The notes: generated from the sequence alone by a model not told the origin. 63,600 bases of DNA, filler included, from Vannella sp. (GCA_023345925.1; 8 parts of 8 records of this genome joined end to end with filler, not necessarily neighbours in it), one strand, 5' to 3'; shown: positions 1 to 12,189, counted from the first letter of the whole stretch. Made by a program: numbers and translations.

Positions 1-1
1 C

Positions 2-124
2 GCTGCCAAGTTCCTGGAGTGTTCTGCTCTGACCCAGAAGGGCTTGAAGGCTGTCTTCGATGAAGCTATCCGCACTGTCCTCCAACCCGCTCCCATCAAG
101 AAGGGCGGCTGCCTCCTCATGTAA
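2..124 (+). CDS. Rac/Rho-family small GTPase, 3' fragment
   Basis: Frame from nt 2 reads [40 protein letters not shown], with the G5 box ECSA and a CaaX end. Truncated by the window start. Confidence 0.93.
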   Translation, partial: AAKFLECSALTQKGLKAVFDEAIRTVLQPAPIKKGGCLLM

Positions 125-282
125 ACCAACATCTTCCTGTTCCTGTGCGGACCGGACCGAAGTAAATACCGAGAAACCTTTACTTTTGAGAGAATTCACC
201 GCCCCACTCAACCACGTCCGCTGGCCTCATTCATCGGAACCTTTGCGGATCACTAAAAAACACATAAATAGTTCATTCGTAA

Positions 283-486
283 TGGTCCCGGTCGAATTTG
301 AAGCCAGTTTCCAACGGAGGTGAAGAGGACTGGCGGTGAATTCTCTCCTTCCCCTTCACTCGTGGATTTCTTCTTTGGGAAGCTATTGTCGATGATAGTC
401 GGAGTTAGATTGCAATGCCTCCTCCGGGATTGTGATCTGCAACTTTGAAAGAGATTGGAAGGAAATCCGTTGACCTAAGGGGACCA
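283..486 (+). ncRNA. candidate structured non-coding RNA, family unknown
   Basis: Ends pair (TGGTCCC 283-289 / GGGACCA 480-486; GGTCGA 290-295 / TTGACC 470-475). Several internal stems with G-U pairs on the + strand. Folded by eye only. Confidence 0.35.
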
Positions 487-494
487 CTTTATTG

Positions 495-1400
495 ATGGAG
501 GGAGTGGCTCATCATGTGGTAGAGATGGTGGGAGACGACTTCGTGCTATCAGCTAAGCAGGTGGAGAGTTTAGTGGCTGAGACTGGGATGGAACGGCGCA
601 CTCTTGCTCGGTTGTTGTGTCTTCGAGTGGCTCTATCACGGAGTGTGGCTCCTATCTCCAGCTACGCTGCTGGTGCAGTCGTCCTTGGCACATCTGGGGC
701 GATGTACATCGGCGCAAACATGGAGTTTAAAGGAACTACTCTGGGGGAATCCATCCACGCAGAACAGTTCGCCGTCAGCAACGCCCTTCTCCACGGTGAA
801 AAGAGCATTGCTGGTATCGTCACAGCCCCAACGCCTTGTGGTCACTGTCGCCAGTTCCTGCGCGAATGCAACGGAGCCGAGACCATGGAAGTGACCTGTT
901 ACGCCAAAGAGGGCGAGCAGTTGCTCCTCTGCCAAGCTCCACTCCTCGATCTACTCCCCTTCAGCTTTGGTCCACAAGATCTGGGCAGTCAAGACGCCCT
1001 TTTGGACGACAATCGACTCACATTTGACCTCAAGGAAGGTCCTTTGAGTCCTGTTGACCGTCAAGCTCTTCACATGATGAAGAGAAGCTATGCATCTCAT
1101 ACAAGAGGACATGGGTGTGTTGCTCTCGTCTGGAAACGAGACAACGACCCCACCGAACATGTCTCCGTCGGCGTTTACCTCGAGAACGCGGCGTACAACC
1201 CTTCACTACCTCCTCTGCAGTGTGCACTGATTCATCAACGCATCCAGGGCGGCTTACCTTCCAACATCACCGCCGCTATCGTTTATGAAACCTCTGGATC
1301 CCCTCTTCAGCACTTTCCCAAGTCCTGTGTGCTCCTCCAGCAGCTTTGCCCCGCTCTAAGTGTGACTCATAAGCTTGTCAATGCCACTCCTTCAATATAA
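495..1400 (+). CDS. CDA: cytidine deaminase, homodimeric (E. coli Cdd/plant type), intronless
   Basis: HAEQ and PCGHCRQF zinc motifs, GANMEF, and a second degenerate domain with ENAAYNPS. About 300 aa. Confidence 0.92.
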   Translation: MEGVAHHVVEMVGDDFVLSAKQVESLVAETGMERRTLARLLCLRVALSRSVAPISSYAAGAVVLGTSGAMYIGANMEFKGTTLGESIHAEQFAVSNALLHGEKSIAGIVTAPTPCGHCRQFLRECNGAETMEVTCYAKEGEQLLLCQAPLLDLLPFSFGPQDLGSQDALLDDNRLTFDLKEGPLSPVDRQALHMMKRSYASHTRGHGCVALVWKRDNDPTEHVSVGVYLENAAYNPSLPPLQCALIHQRIQGGLPSNITAAIVYETSGSPLQHFPKSCVLLQQLCPALSVTHKLVNATPSI

Positions 1401-1435
1401 CGAGCCTCTACTTCTTCCCGCCACTTCTGGGGAGC

Positions 1436-2942
1436 ATGTCCGGCGCTCCTCCTTGGCGCTTTCCGTGGGAAGACGCTGCAGCGACGTATGAGCAGTTGGA
1501 AGAAGAAACCAAGCCCAGCGCCTTTAGTAACGACCTGGTTGTGGAGCTCTCCCGCCGCACAGCATCGGGAGAGGCACTTGGGCGGGCTTCTGGTCATTGG
1601 GACCGGCAGATCAACGTCAAGGGACGTCAGCTGCTGCCAGTTAGCAGCACGAAGGGTACTGAAGACCAACTCCTTTGTTCCTTTAAGGACACGGACGATC
1701 GCATTCACCCAGTGAACGAAAGACTTCGAAAGGAGTTCGTCGCGCTTGAAAGCTCACGTCCGCCCGCATTGGAGGTTCTCAGGCTGGACACAGAGATGAA
1801 TAGGCTCCCACAGTTGAAGAGCAAGGCATACCATACTTGGATGCAGTCCTTTGTGGCTCATGGAGGGCTCCCTATGATGGTCTCACTCCTCCTCGGGCCT
1901 TATCTTCGTAGCCCGTGGGAACCACTGCTCCATCTCTTCTTTGAAACACTTGTCTACTCCCACTCTATGGACTTAAAACCACGAGAGGACTCTCAACTCC
2001 TCCAGGTTCTCGCAAAATCACGAATTGGCACTGGCTCTGTGTTAGACTTGGTACTAGACCACGCCCTTCGCATCAAAGTACTTCCTATTAGTCTCACCAC
2101 TCAATTAGCAACTCTTCTGAACTTCCTAGTGAGACTCCAAGAGGTGGAATGGGTCCAAAAAGTGGTCCAAAGGTTCCTTTGTGAGGCATTGCTGAAGCCT
2201 TTAGTCAAAGTTCAGCAGACTCCAGACAAAGAGACCGAGATGAAGATGCACCCAGAACTTAGGAGCTTGCTAGAGTACTACAAGACTCCTCTCAAGGTAC
2301 GGAAAAGCCAGTGAAAGGAGTCTCACTGGTTGTATTGACACTTTGGCGTGTTCCAGGTGCTCACTACCAAAGCGTCGACTAAGGAGCGGCTGTTTGTTGA
2401 TGGATTAGTGATCTCTATCCTGCGCAACCTCAAAGAGTACCAGGGGAAAGTCCAATTCTCTCCTTCAAGCTCTCCCTTGCGGTCATCGCCAGATGGTGAG
2501 AGCCTGACATGGTCCAGAGAGGATTATGAGTACTATGTTTTTGTGTTGTTGGATCTACTCGTCACTGCAACGTCGCAAGTAGGTCTACGCATGCCTCCGG
2601 GTAATAGTGATGTATTTTAACGTGGTAAGAGCGTGACAGGGCGCTATCTCGCGTGGTTTCTTTGCTTCTGGAACCCTCACGAGCACAAGAATCCTCCTCC
2701 TTTCTTCTTTATCCACTCTCTGCATGACGAACGAGATTCATTCCCTCTTGAAATGAGAAGAAGACTGGAAGCAACCCTTTGCACGCTGGAGTTTAGTGAG
2801 CACATTAATGGTCCCTTTACTATTCTGACTAGTGCAAAGACTGCGCAGAGTTCTTGAGGATAAGAGAAGGCCTGGATTCAGATACGGACGTGGGACGGCC
2901 AGTAGTGAGAATCTCCATTGAGGAAGCTAAATTCAACGAGCT
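1436..2942 (+). CDS. hypothetical multi-exon protein, 3' partial
   Basis: 292-aa first ORF, GT-AG intron at ~2297-2356, further exons up to the contig end. No motif recognised. Confidence 0.6.
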
Positions 2943-3042
2943 NNNNNNNNNNNNNNNNNNNNNNNNNNNNNNNNNNNNNNNNNNNNTTAATTAATTAANN
3001 NNNNNNNNNNNNNNNNNNNNNNNNNNNNNNNNNNNNNNNNNN
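2943..3042. other. artificial contig spacer
   Basis: N44-TTAATTAATTAA-N44, stops in all six frames. Confidence 0.98.
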
Positions 3043-5375
3043 GTAGCTCGGTCACTACCTCTGGAAGCGCTTCCACAACAGCCTCGTCGACTCCTTCAGC
3101 CACAGCTTCTGAGAGCGCCTCCGTGACAGCCTCAGCAAGTACTTCCGCCTCTCCTTCTTTCAGCCCTTCGACTTCGGTTTCTAGCACGACCTCAGGAAGC
3201 GCTTCAGCTTCCACTTCTGGAAGTGTTTCAACAACAGTATCGTTGAGTCCTTCAGTAACAGCTTCTGAGAGCGGCTCACTGACGGCTTCAGGAAGCGTTT
3301 CTGGCTCTCCGTCTCTCAGCGCTTCAACTTCAGCCTCATCTTCTCTTTCTGGCACGACTTCAGGGAGTACTTCAGCCACCACTTCTGGAAGCGCTTCAAC
3401 GACAGTGTCGCTGACTTCCTCCGCCACAGTCTCTGGAAGTGCCTCTCTGACGGCCTCTGCAAGCACTTCGGCCTCTCCATCAATCGGTGCTTCGTCTTCT
3501 GTTTCTAGCACGACCTCTGGAAGCACTTCCGTCACCACTTCTGGCAGTTCCTCCACAACAGTGTCGTCGACTCCTTCCAATTCTGAAACGGCTTCAACAT
3601 CTCGCTCTGTTTCCTCCTCCAACAGTGGTTCTTCTAGCTCCTCCACAACTTCTTCCGTCACTGGTTCAGTCACTCCAAGTGTGAGTGCGTCTCTTTCTGC
3701 CTCGGAAAGTGCCTCAACGAGTCCCTCGTTCTCTCCTTCCACGAGTCTTTCAACAAGTTCTTCTTCCTCCGCTTCAGCAAGACCTTCAGTCTCTCCATCT
3801 ACGAGCACTTCCTCTTCATCCTCCGAAAGTGCTTCATCCACAGCTTCGGAAAGTGCGTCGGTCACGTCCACGGGCACGTCTTCGATAACAACCTCAGAGA
3901 GTCCCTCGCTCTCAGCTCTTGCAAGTGATTCTGCTTCGGAGAGCCTTTCCGCCGGTCCCACTCCCAGCAATTCTGTCACAATATCTGAGAGTGCTTCTGG
4001 CACGTCAACAGAAAGTCCCTCCATCACTCCTAGAGAGAGTTCATCAGTCACAGCTACAGAGACTCCCAGCTCTTCTTTCATAGCTTCCCAGAGCTCCTCA
4101 GCCACTATCTCAGACAGTGCCAGGCCTTCTGACACACAATCCCCTTCCGTTAGCCAGAGTCCCTCCGCTGTCCCTTCCGAGAGTGCCTCAATTTCTCTTT
4201 CTGCTGCGGAGAGCTCTTCCGCAACCATCTCTGAGAGCTCCTCCAACAGCATTCCTGCTTCAAAAAGCGGTTCAGTCTCTATTTCCAGTGCCTCTTCGGA
4301 ATCCTCCTCCTCTTCCGGCTCTCCAGTTGCTTCGCAATCTAGTGCAGCGAATACCTCTAATCCTGCGTCTCCGACTTCAGCACCCAGTGCTTCTGCACTC
4401 GAGAGCTCCTCTCCCAGCTCCTTGGCTTCTGCTTCTAACCGACCGACCAACAGCAAAACTGTGACACCCACCGTGTCTAGTTCTATTGATCCACTCCCGA
4501 GCAGCTCTTTGGCACCCGCCCCTCCAGCAATCGAAGCACCGTTCGGTCCATTCTCGGGAGAAGAATGCAGGAACTGTCGAGTGAGTCTTGTTGCCATCGA
4601 TCTTCAATCACAAGTTCCTTCCAACACTGGCCTCATTGAGGTGCCGTTGATAGGCCCAGATGGCAACTTTTTGGGGGTCATCAACTTCCCCACAAGCTAT
4701 GGGACTGGTGGGTTTGTTCTTGAAATGTCATTTGCAACCCAAATCCCAACCATTCGAGGGGATTCTCGATCTCCTCCTGATCTTGGGACTGTTGTGGCGG
4801 ACATCAACTTGACCGACTCATTCGGTCGCCCTGTTCGCCAACTGCCTGAACCAATCCAGATCTGCTTCAATGAGACTCGCTCGTTCAAAAAAGTAAGTTC
4901 CTTTTCTGCAGTCGTTATTCTTTGGTCATTGCTAACCCATCTGACAGAAGAACGGATGTCTAAGCTACTACGAACCCTCCAAGCGCCGGTGGCTTTGCGA
5001 GGATGAATGTCTCACAGATAAGAGGAAGAATGGCACCAAATGTGGAATAACTGGTGAGTTTGTCCGCTCTCTGCCTGACGCTGGTTCAATTAACCCGCCC
5101 TTCCAGATCACTTGACCAACTTTGCCTTGCTTCTCCAAGGAGCCAACGCTCGTGGTGGCGGTGCCAACGGCGGTGGAAGTATTGATCCTTGCAAATCATA
5201 CACTCCCAGCCTCGTGTTCTCTTGGATGACGATGGGCTTCGTAGCTGGTGCGATCTGCATTATCTTAATCGCAATTGTCTTGATTGAACTTCGCATCCGC
5301 AAGGAGACCCTCATGCGACGCCTCCGATTCCGACAAATAACAGCAACTGTCTCCCAAAACATTGGCAGGGTGTGA
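3043..5375 (+). CDS. Ser/Thr-rich (mucin-like) single-pass surface protein with GPS-like motif, 5' partial
   Basis: Long S/T/A low-complexity repeats. After splicing introns 4893-4947 and 5054-5106 it reads CLSYY..WLCEDECL..CGITDHLTNFALLL, then a TM helix and a short basic tail. Confidence 0.8.
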
Positions 5376-5680
5376 GCCCATTCTAAGTCATAAACTCAAA
5401 GATTGTTGTTCTTCTCCTGCTTCCTCAGAAGAATCCCGCAACTGTTCTCGTCGAGCGCTTTTGCGGAAAAAGTAATGTCGACAAGAAAGAGCATTTTGTA
5501 CAAGAACATGAAGAACGTCTCCGGTAGCATGCATGGGGGAACGTAAATGGAACTCCAATTTTTCAAATTTCTTGTTCAAACACACTTGCGAGTCCGCCAT
5601 GCTTCTAGCTAACTTGAGGTGGATAACCTTGCTGTGATTGTTTACTGTATATTGGCATGATTCCTTCTGATTTGAGTGCA

Positions 5681-6768
5681 TCAAAGGAAGCGAGCACTCT
5701 TCTTTGTACTATTGGTGAATGAATGAGGGAAAGCGGGCTGGACAGGACAAAGCGTGGGAATAGGTTGATTGGTCGTGTGGTTGAGTCCGAGTTGTCCGAA
5801 TTCGTTGCATCCGAAGACCAGCAGTCCACCTTCCTGTGAGTATGCCAAAGAATGGTAACTTGCCGCAACCAGGGCGCTCATTCCTTTCAGCGAAGGGACC
5901 AGAGCGGGTTGGGGCTGATTGGAAGTGTTGCCTGTCCCCAATTGCCCATAATAACCGAATCCCCAGGACCAGATACGGCTGTTCTCATCCAGAGAGAGAG
6001 TGTGAGAGTATCCGCAAGAGGCTACAAGCATGGGAGGGATGTTGGTGATTCGCTGAAGCTTCGTATAATCTCCAGAAGAGCGCCCCAGTTGTCTATCGTA
6101 GTTCTTTCCAGCAGAGAAGACGCCTCCTTCCGAGTCGATGAGAATCACTCCTTCAGAGAGGGCAGCCAGGCATCGAAGAGGTCCTCCAGAGCGGTCTTCC
6201 ACCTGGACAAGGGTCGGTTGGAGAGCGCTGTTGGTGTGGCCGAGGCCCAGTTGCCCGAAGGAGTTGTCGCCCAACACCCAGAGGCCTTCTTCAGCCTCTG
6301 CCACGAGAAAGTTCATGCCGCAAGCCACTTTGAGCAGTGCAGGGAAGCCTTCGACCCGTTGGGGAAGAGAACACGCCCAAGAGAGATCGGCTCTGCTTGT
6401 CCACACCCAAAGGCCGCCTTCGGTGTCGATGGCGGCGCTGTGAGACTCACCAGCAGCCACCAAGGTGATCAAAGGTAGTTCTGGTACTCGTTGAAAGGTG
6501 GGAGAACAAGAGGAGGACCGGCAGCGACCAGCTTCCCACACACCGCCTTCCGCATCAAGAACGAGGGAGTGAAACCACCCCCAGTCCACCTGAACAGGCT
6601 GCGGACCATTCCAGAAGACCTCCACTGCTTGCGATGGGGTCTTCCTGTGACCGAGACCGAGTTGGCCTTCGTTGTTGAGTCCAAAAGCGCAAAGGCCCCC
6701 TTCGAGAGGAGGAGCGTGTGTTGGCCATGACGGTTGTCTCCAGAGGAGAAGACGCCTCCTCCAGACAT
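5681..6768 (-). pseudogene. RCC1/BLIP-II repeat protein, intronless, apparent 5' frameshift and deletion
   Basis: Repeated GxNxxGQLGLG and CGxxH(T/S)L motifs. The ATG at 6768 (MSGGGVFSSGDNRHGQHTLLL) is out of frame with the main ORF at ~6703. Confidence 0.65.
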
Positions 6769-6884
6769 ATATTAGGAATGATGCCGGTGTGAGCCAAATG
6801 CAAACAGATATGAATAGGCTCCCTGAACGATGATTTGCCAGTAAGTTTTGGAAATGCTGTAACAAGAGAATGAGGAAAGTACAT

Positions 6885-9800
6885 CTAAAGAAGATTGAGA
6901 CTCTCTACTCTCATTGCGAGCCCTTCTGACGGATCAGAAAGCTCCTCAGAAGAAATCTCGAAGGCAGGGTTTCGGGAAAGAGAATCGTCAATCTTCAGCC
7001 GCTCCAGACGTCTAATGATTTCCTTTAAGTCTGGACGAAGGCCTGAATCTTGATTCCAGCACTCTTCAATCAGAGATGTCATTTTGGGGCAGTCGATGAC
7101 ATCTAATCTTGGGCGCTCTCCTTCGGTAATTGCAGCATTCAGTACCGCAATGTTCATCTGATCATGCGGTGGGAGCGAATATGGTCGATGGGAACTGAAG
7201 AGTTCGTACAGAACCATTGCAAAGGAGTAAACATCCGCCTTCTCTGAATACTTTTCTTTCAAAAGCACTTCAGGGGCCATGTAAGCTGCAAGCAAAGCTA
7301 TCATGAGACTCATTACTTGCTTAATCAGTTCAAACGCACCTGGAGTTCCGATGCAGGTCATCTGCCGAGTCACAGTGGGCCGCACCACAGAGATACCAAA
7401 ATCAGCCACTTTACAAACCCATCCTTTGTTCACCAGAAGATTATCCGGCTTCAGATCTCGGTGAATCAGTTTCTTCTTGTGCAAGTGGGCACTGGAAGCG
7501 GTAAGGAGAGAGTTGAAGTAGAAGCTGGACTCACACTCCCTCTGCACCGCTGATGGCCAGTCTAAGCCTAACTAGCCAAGAAAGTTGCTTCTTCTTGATG
7601 AGGTCTCTGAGACTTCCCCGCTCCATAAGTTCAGTGACGAGTAAAAGCCGGGATTGGTCATCTGAAGAAGAAACGCCAATGAACCGAACTATGTTGGTGT
7701 GATTCAAAGCGCTTCGATTGAGGTTAGAGAGGTATTGAGAATCTCAAGGTACTCACTTGAGAAGGACAATCTCGTGCAGGAAATCTTTGAAGCTGTCTGC
7801 ATTCAGTTCAGAGATTCCCAAAATCATTTCCTTAATCGCAATGTCAATCCTGTTTCAAGTTTCAGTCAATTACATATGATTGCCGTTGTTTTACCCTTTG
7901 TAGACGCCTTTGCTAACAACACCAGATGCTCCCTTTCCAATGACTTGCAGGACTTGAATATCATCCCATTGAAGGCGTGGAATTGTTGTGCTGTCCAATA
8001 CTCGATCAAGAGAAACATAATGTAAGTCAGACGCAATGTCTGGAAGCTCCATCTCTTCGTAGATGCGCTGGGTTAGCCTTTTTCTGTGTTTCATCATTGA
8101 CAATTCAGCATTTGCCTGAACATCAGCCTCTAGGTAAGTCTTACCTGTAGACGTAAAAAGCGACGAGAATCGAAAAAATAAAGAGAAATAGCATAAAAAA
8201 GAGGGCCGCGACAACCAATGAGACCATTTGGCCATGCTGATTCACAAATTCAATGGGAGCACCGCAGACTTGGCATTCTGCAACGCCCACTCCATCCAAG
8301 GGGACTTCTCCTGGCACTGAACAGCCTTCCCATGAGAAACTGCAGTCATTGATATCCAAGAGCCTCTCGAAAGCTGTTGCTTCTTTGCATTTCGGGCACT
8401 CAAACCAAGTTGAAATCTGAGCTCCAGAAGTTCCGCAAATCTTCAAGCTATCAAACTCACCAATTCCTTTTCAATGTCAGTCCAGCTCGTTATCACTGAA
8501 AGATACATACCAGAAGAAGGGGAAAGAGACTGTGAGTTGATGCCAAATGAAGGATAAATCTGCGCGCTGAAATAGGTGAAGGTGACGGAGATGGGATAAT
8601 CAAGTAGAAGGCGGCCTTGGACCACGGTTCCAAAGCTATCAAAAATCACGACTTTCAACGAGATAGGATTTTGGTCCAAGTGGATTTTGCTGAAACATAG
8701 ATTTGACCCTTCGAACCCCAATCGGGATGGATCTGCACGTGTCAAAAGTTCGATCATTAAAGTGACTAAGCAACTTACATGTCGCAAATCCTCGGGGATT
8801 CTGGTAGCTCGAAATGGTATCAAGATGGTAAACACAGTCTTGGCAAATCAGCTCTGCTGTCGAGGGAGCATCTAAAAATCCAAATGTGGATCCTGCATAA
8901 ATAGCAGAGCTGATCAACAATTAATCAGTGCAACGCGCAGCTTTGTGGCTCTTACTTGAATTCAAACTTGGAATGGAAGAAGACTGGAAGATTTGACAGA
9001 CAACTCCCGGCAAACACCGCAGCTCCAAACTGAGCCTTATTGTTTTCAAAGTTTTCTCCCAGAAATGAAGGGGTCATTGTCTCCCAAGAGCTCAGATAAA
9101 CTCCACCTCCAGATTCGGTGGCTAGGTTGGAATCATACGAATTGTTCTGGAAAAATGGTTGAGCCAGAGTTCCACTATTAGACTGGGATTGAATATTCTT
9201 TGCTTCTAAACATATCGCCCCTCCGAAAGTCGCGCGATTGTCTCTATGAGCGATGAGCTAGCAAGTCAGAACTCAACAGAAGTCTTACCGAAAGGAAGAA
9301 TTCTTAACACGTACACAGAGTCTTGTGACGTAATGAGAGTAAATCGCTCCTCCCTTGAACGCTCGATTGGAAGTGAAATTGGAAGAATCGCTTTGAAAGT
9401 TCCTTAAATCAGCGTAAATTGCCCCTCCGTTAACAACAGCTGCATTAGAAATCCAATCACTGAATGAAAAGTTGACAAAGGAAGCGTCTAAGAGGCACAT
9501 AGCACCACCTGACTCCGACGCAGAGTTGTTACTATATCGGTCAGTTTCAATTCATGTTGATTCGGCACATACACGAAAACAGATTCATCCAAAAATAGTA
9601 ACGAGTTTTCAGCAGCCAAGATCGCGCCACCCTCTCCACCGCTATTGTGGGAAAAAGCTCCTTTGATGATTTGTAGACTGGAAAAGCCTGCAAGAGAAAT
9701 GGATCCACCCCCAGTGCGTGGGGCTTGGTTGTTCACGAAATAGCAATCTTTCATCTCAGAGACGGAGAAATCTCCAGACCAGAGGGCCCCTCCAGAGTCA

Positions 9801-12189
9801 GCTTCGTTCCATGCGAACGTAAGATTTGATCCCTTCACTCCTTTCGGGGAGATCGTGAATATTGCCCCTCCAAGACTTGCTTTGTTTCTCTTCTACAGCA
9901 TCAGTACATGAAAGGGTTTGATCGTATGGTATAGTGAAAATGTACCTTAAATGATGATCCATGTACTGCCAGCGCGGCATAGTTCTCTAAAAAAACAGCG
10001 CCACCTAATCCCGATGGACCAGCGGAAGAACAGGTTTCGATTAATGAGTCCTCAATAATAAGAGAAGCTTCTTCCTTCACATAAAATGCACCTCCGTGAC
10101 TTGCCCGATTTGATTGTACCAGGGATGAAATCACCTCCATGTGAGCAAGTTGTCTAAGAAATGCAACTCCTCCGTTTTCATCAGCTTGATTGTTCTCAAC
10201 ATGACAGTATGTGAGAATGATTTGGCGGTCATATTCTGCATAAAAAGCGCCGCCAGATCTAGAGGTTGACCCAAGAAAGGAGCAACTGGTGGCTCTGAGC
10301 ATGGAATGGAAGTCGGATTGGTAGAGCGGTTCTGCAAGACTGATAGACCCTCCAAACCGAGTTGCTTGGTTTAAAGCAAACATACAGCTCTCCACCTCAA
10401 CGGTCATTGAGGCAGAGATGGCTTCTATAGAGATTGCTCCTCCATCAGGAGCAGAGTTTCGCCTGAAAATGTTAGAACCTCATTTAAGCGCTCACCAGAA
10501 TCTTACCTGAAGGACGATCTTCTAATGGATGATTCTCCCATAATACTGAGAGCACCACCCGAGAAACTTCCTCTGCAATCGCAAAAATGGGAATCCAAGA
10601 TTTCAAGGTATGTCCCTGGGCGACTGCCAACAAATGCCAAAGCTCCACCCTTCTCCCCAGACGAGTTATAAAAGGTACAGCCCTGAATTGAGGCCGATCC
10701 TTGGACTACAATGGTGGATGCAAAGCCATTTGACGTTGATGAATTGCAGTTCCATGACAAAAAAGTAGAATTTTCGACTTTCAAGTGAATAATCTCGTTA
10801 TGTGGTTGGTATGCAAAGATAGCAGCCCCCAATATCCCCTCTATAAAATTGGTTAGCTGAATATCTCACAAATGAAAATATTCTACCAGCAAAAGTACTA
10901 TTGCAGATCCTCAAAGATGACTCTGTGCTGACAGAAGCTTGTGATGAATAGTGTTGGAAGATCTGGAAAGACATAATGAGGGAAAGCCATCAAGCTTGAG
11001 TACATACGATTGAATTGGTAATCGCAGCTTCGCCAGGAAAGTGCAAAAATGTGGTTCCTCTGCAAGGCTTCAGAAACAAGCAGTTAAAAGAAGGTATTTC
11101 TCACGCAAAAAAACACCTATCAACCAGCCTCGCGCCATAAACGGAAGTTCCTCCTTTGTTAAAGCGGAAGATGGTATCAGATAATGTGCCCGATACATGC
11201 AGCTCGAAACCACGATTGTTGAAGTTATACTCAACAGTTGAGTTGGTCATTAAACTGCGGCATTGTAGAATACTGTCTAAGTAACAGTGAGTTTTGGAGG
11301 AACAAACATTTGAACAAAATCCCTCACCGATATTGTGGCCGAAGTAGAGGTTGTGGATGGTTACAGAATCAGTATCAAATCCTGATTCATGGCACAATAC
11401 AACCGAAGAATCAACCACGTTCATCTCAGTGAGGTCACGGCCCAAAACCTTCCACTTCGAGTGGAACAAATGCAGAGACCTGAAAAGAAGAGAACCTCCG
11501 TCAAACTGAAAACCATAAACGCTTGTTGAGTTGAGAACAATGATGTCCTCAAATCGAGTCCTCCCCGACCATCCGTGGGACAAGAAAGCTGTCCCTTTCA
11601 CAGTTGAATTAGAAACAACCAACGATGTAAACTCGCTCCACAGTACTTCGTCCAATCTGATCATATGTGACTCAAACGAGCAATTTGAAACCTCGCTGAA
11701 ACTCCACTTGAACGAATCGCTATTCGCCACACTGACTAATCCATTTCCTTCATAACTACTCCAGATTGTGTCAGAGAGCGTGACGTTTCTACAATACTGA
11801 AAGTCCAGTAAAGTTCCAGTAGTTCTACGTGTAGAGAGGAACGTGAAACCCTCCACAAAGAAAGAGACTTTCAAGAAGGAGAGACTCGTCGCCTCCACTC
11901 GCAGAGTGGTTACACCACTACCCTTCGTAGAACGAAGAACGATGGAGCATTCAGACAGGGCGATGCTACCAAGAGAATAGAATCCTGGCTGCACTAGAAC
12001 CTCCTGGATGGAGAGGGCGTCGCCCGCACAAGCCAACTTGAGAGCTGTTTCAACGGTAGCACAAGGCGAGTAGGTTCCTCCACAGGCAGGAGAATCCTCA
12101 CCCCAGTTAGCAACGGAAACAGAGCTGGCAAGAATCGACCAGCAATGAGCGATCAACACCACCAACAACACCCACCGCCGAGCGACCAT
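6885..12189 (-). CDS. receptor-like TKL protein kinase with beta-helix (Pmp/pectin-lyase-like GGA repeat) ectodomain
   Basis: Signal peptide MVARRWVLLVVL, many N-x-A-x-x-GGA repeats, Cys-rich segment and TM at ~8140-8430, kinase motifs GKGASG, HRDLKPDN, DFG, APE. Many introns. Confidence 0.85.

Noticed and set aside
2987..4597. 536-aa Glu/Ala/Val-rich minus-strand ORF (also 40065-40385)
   Set aside because: It is the antisense shadow of Ser/Thr codons on the + strand.
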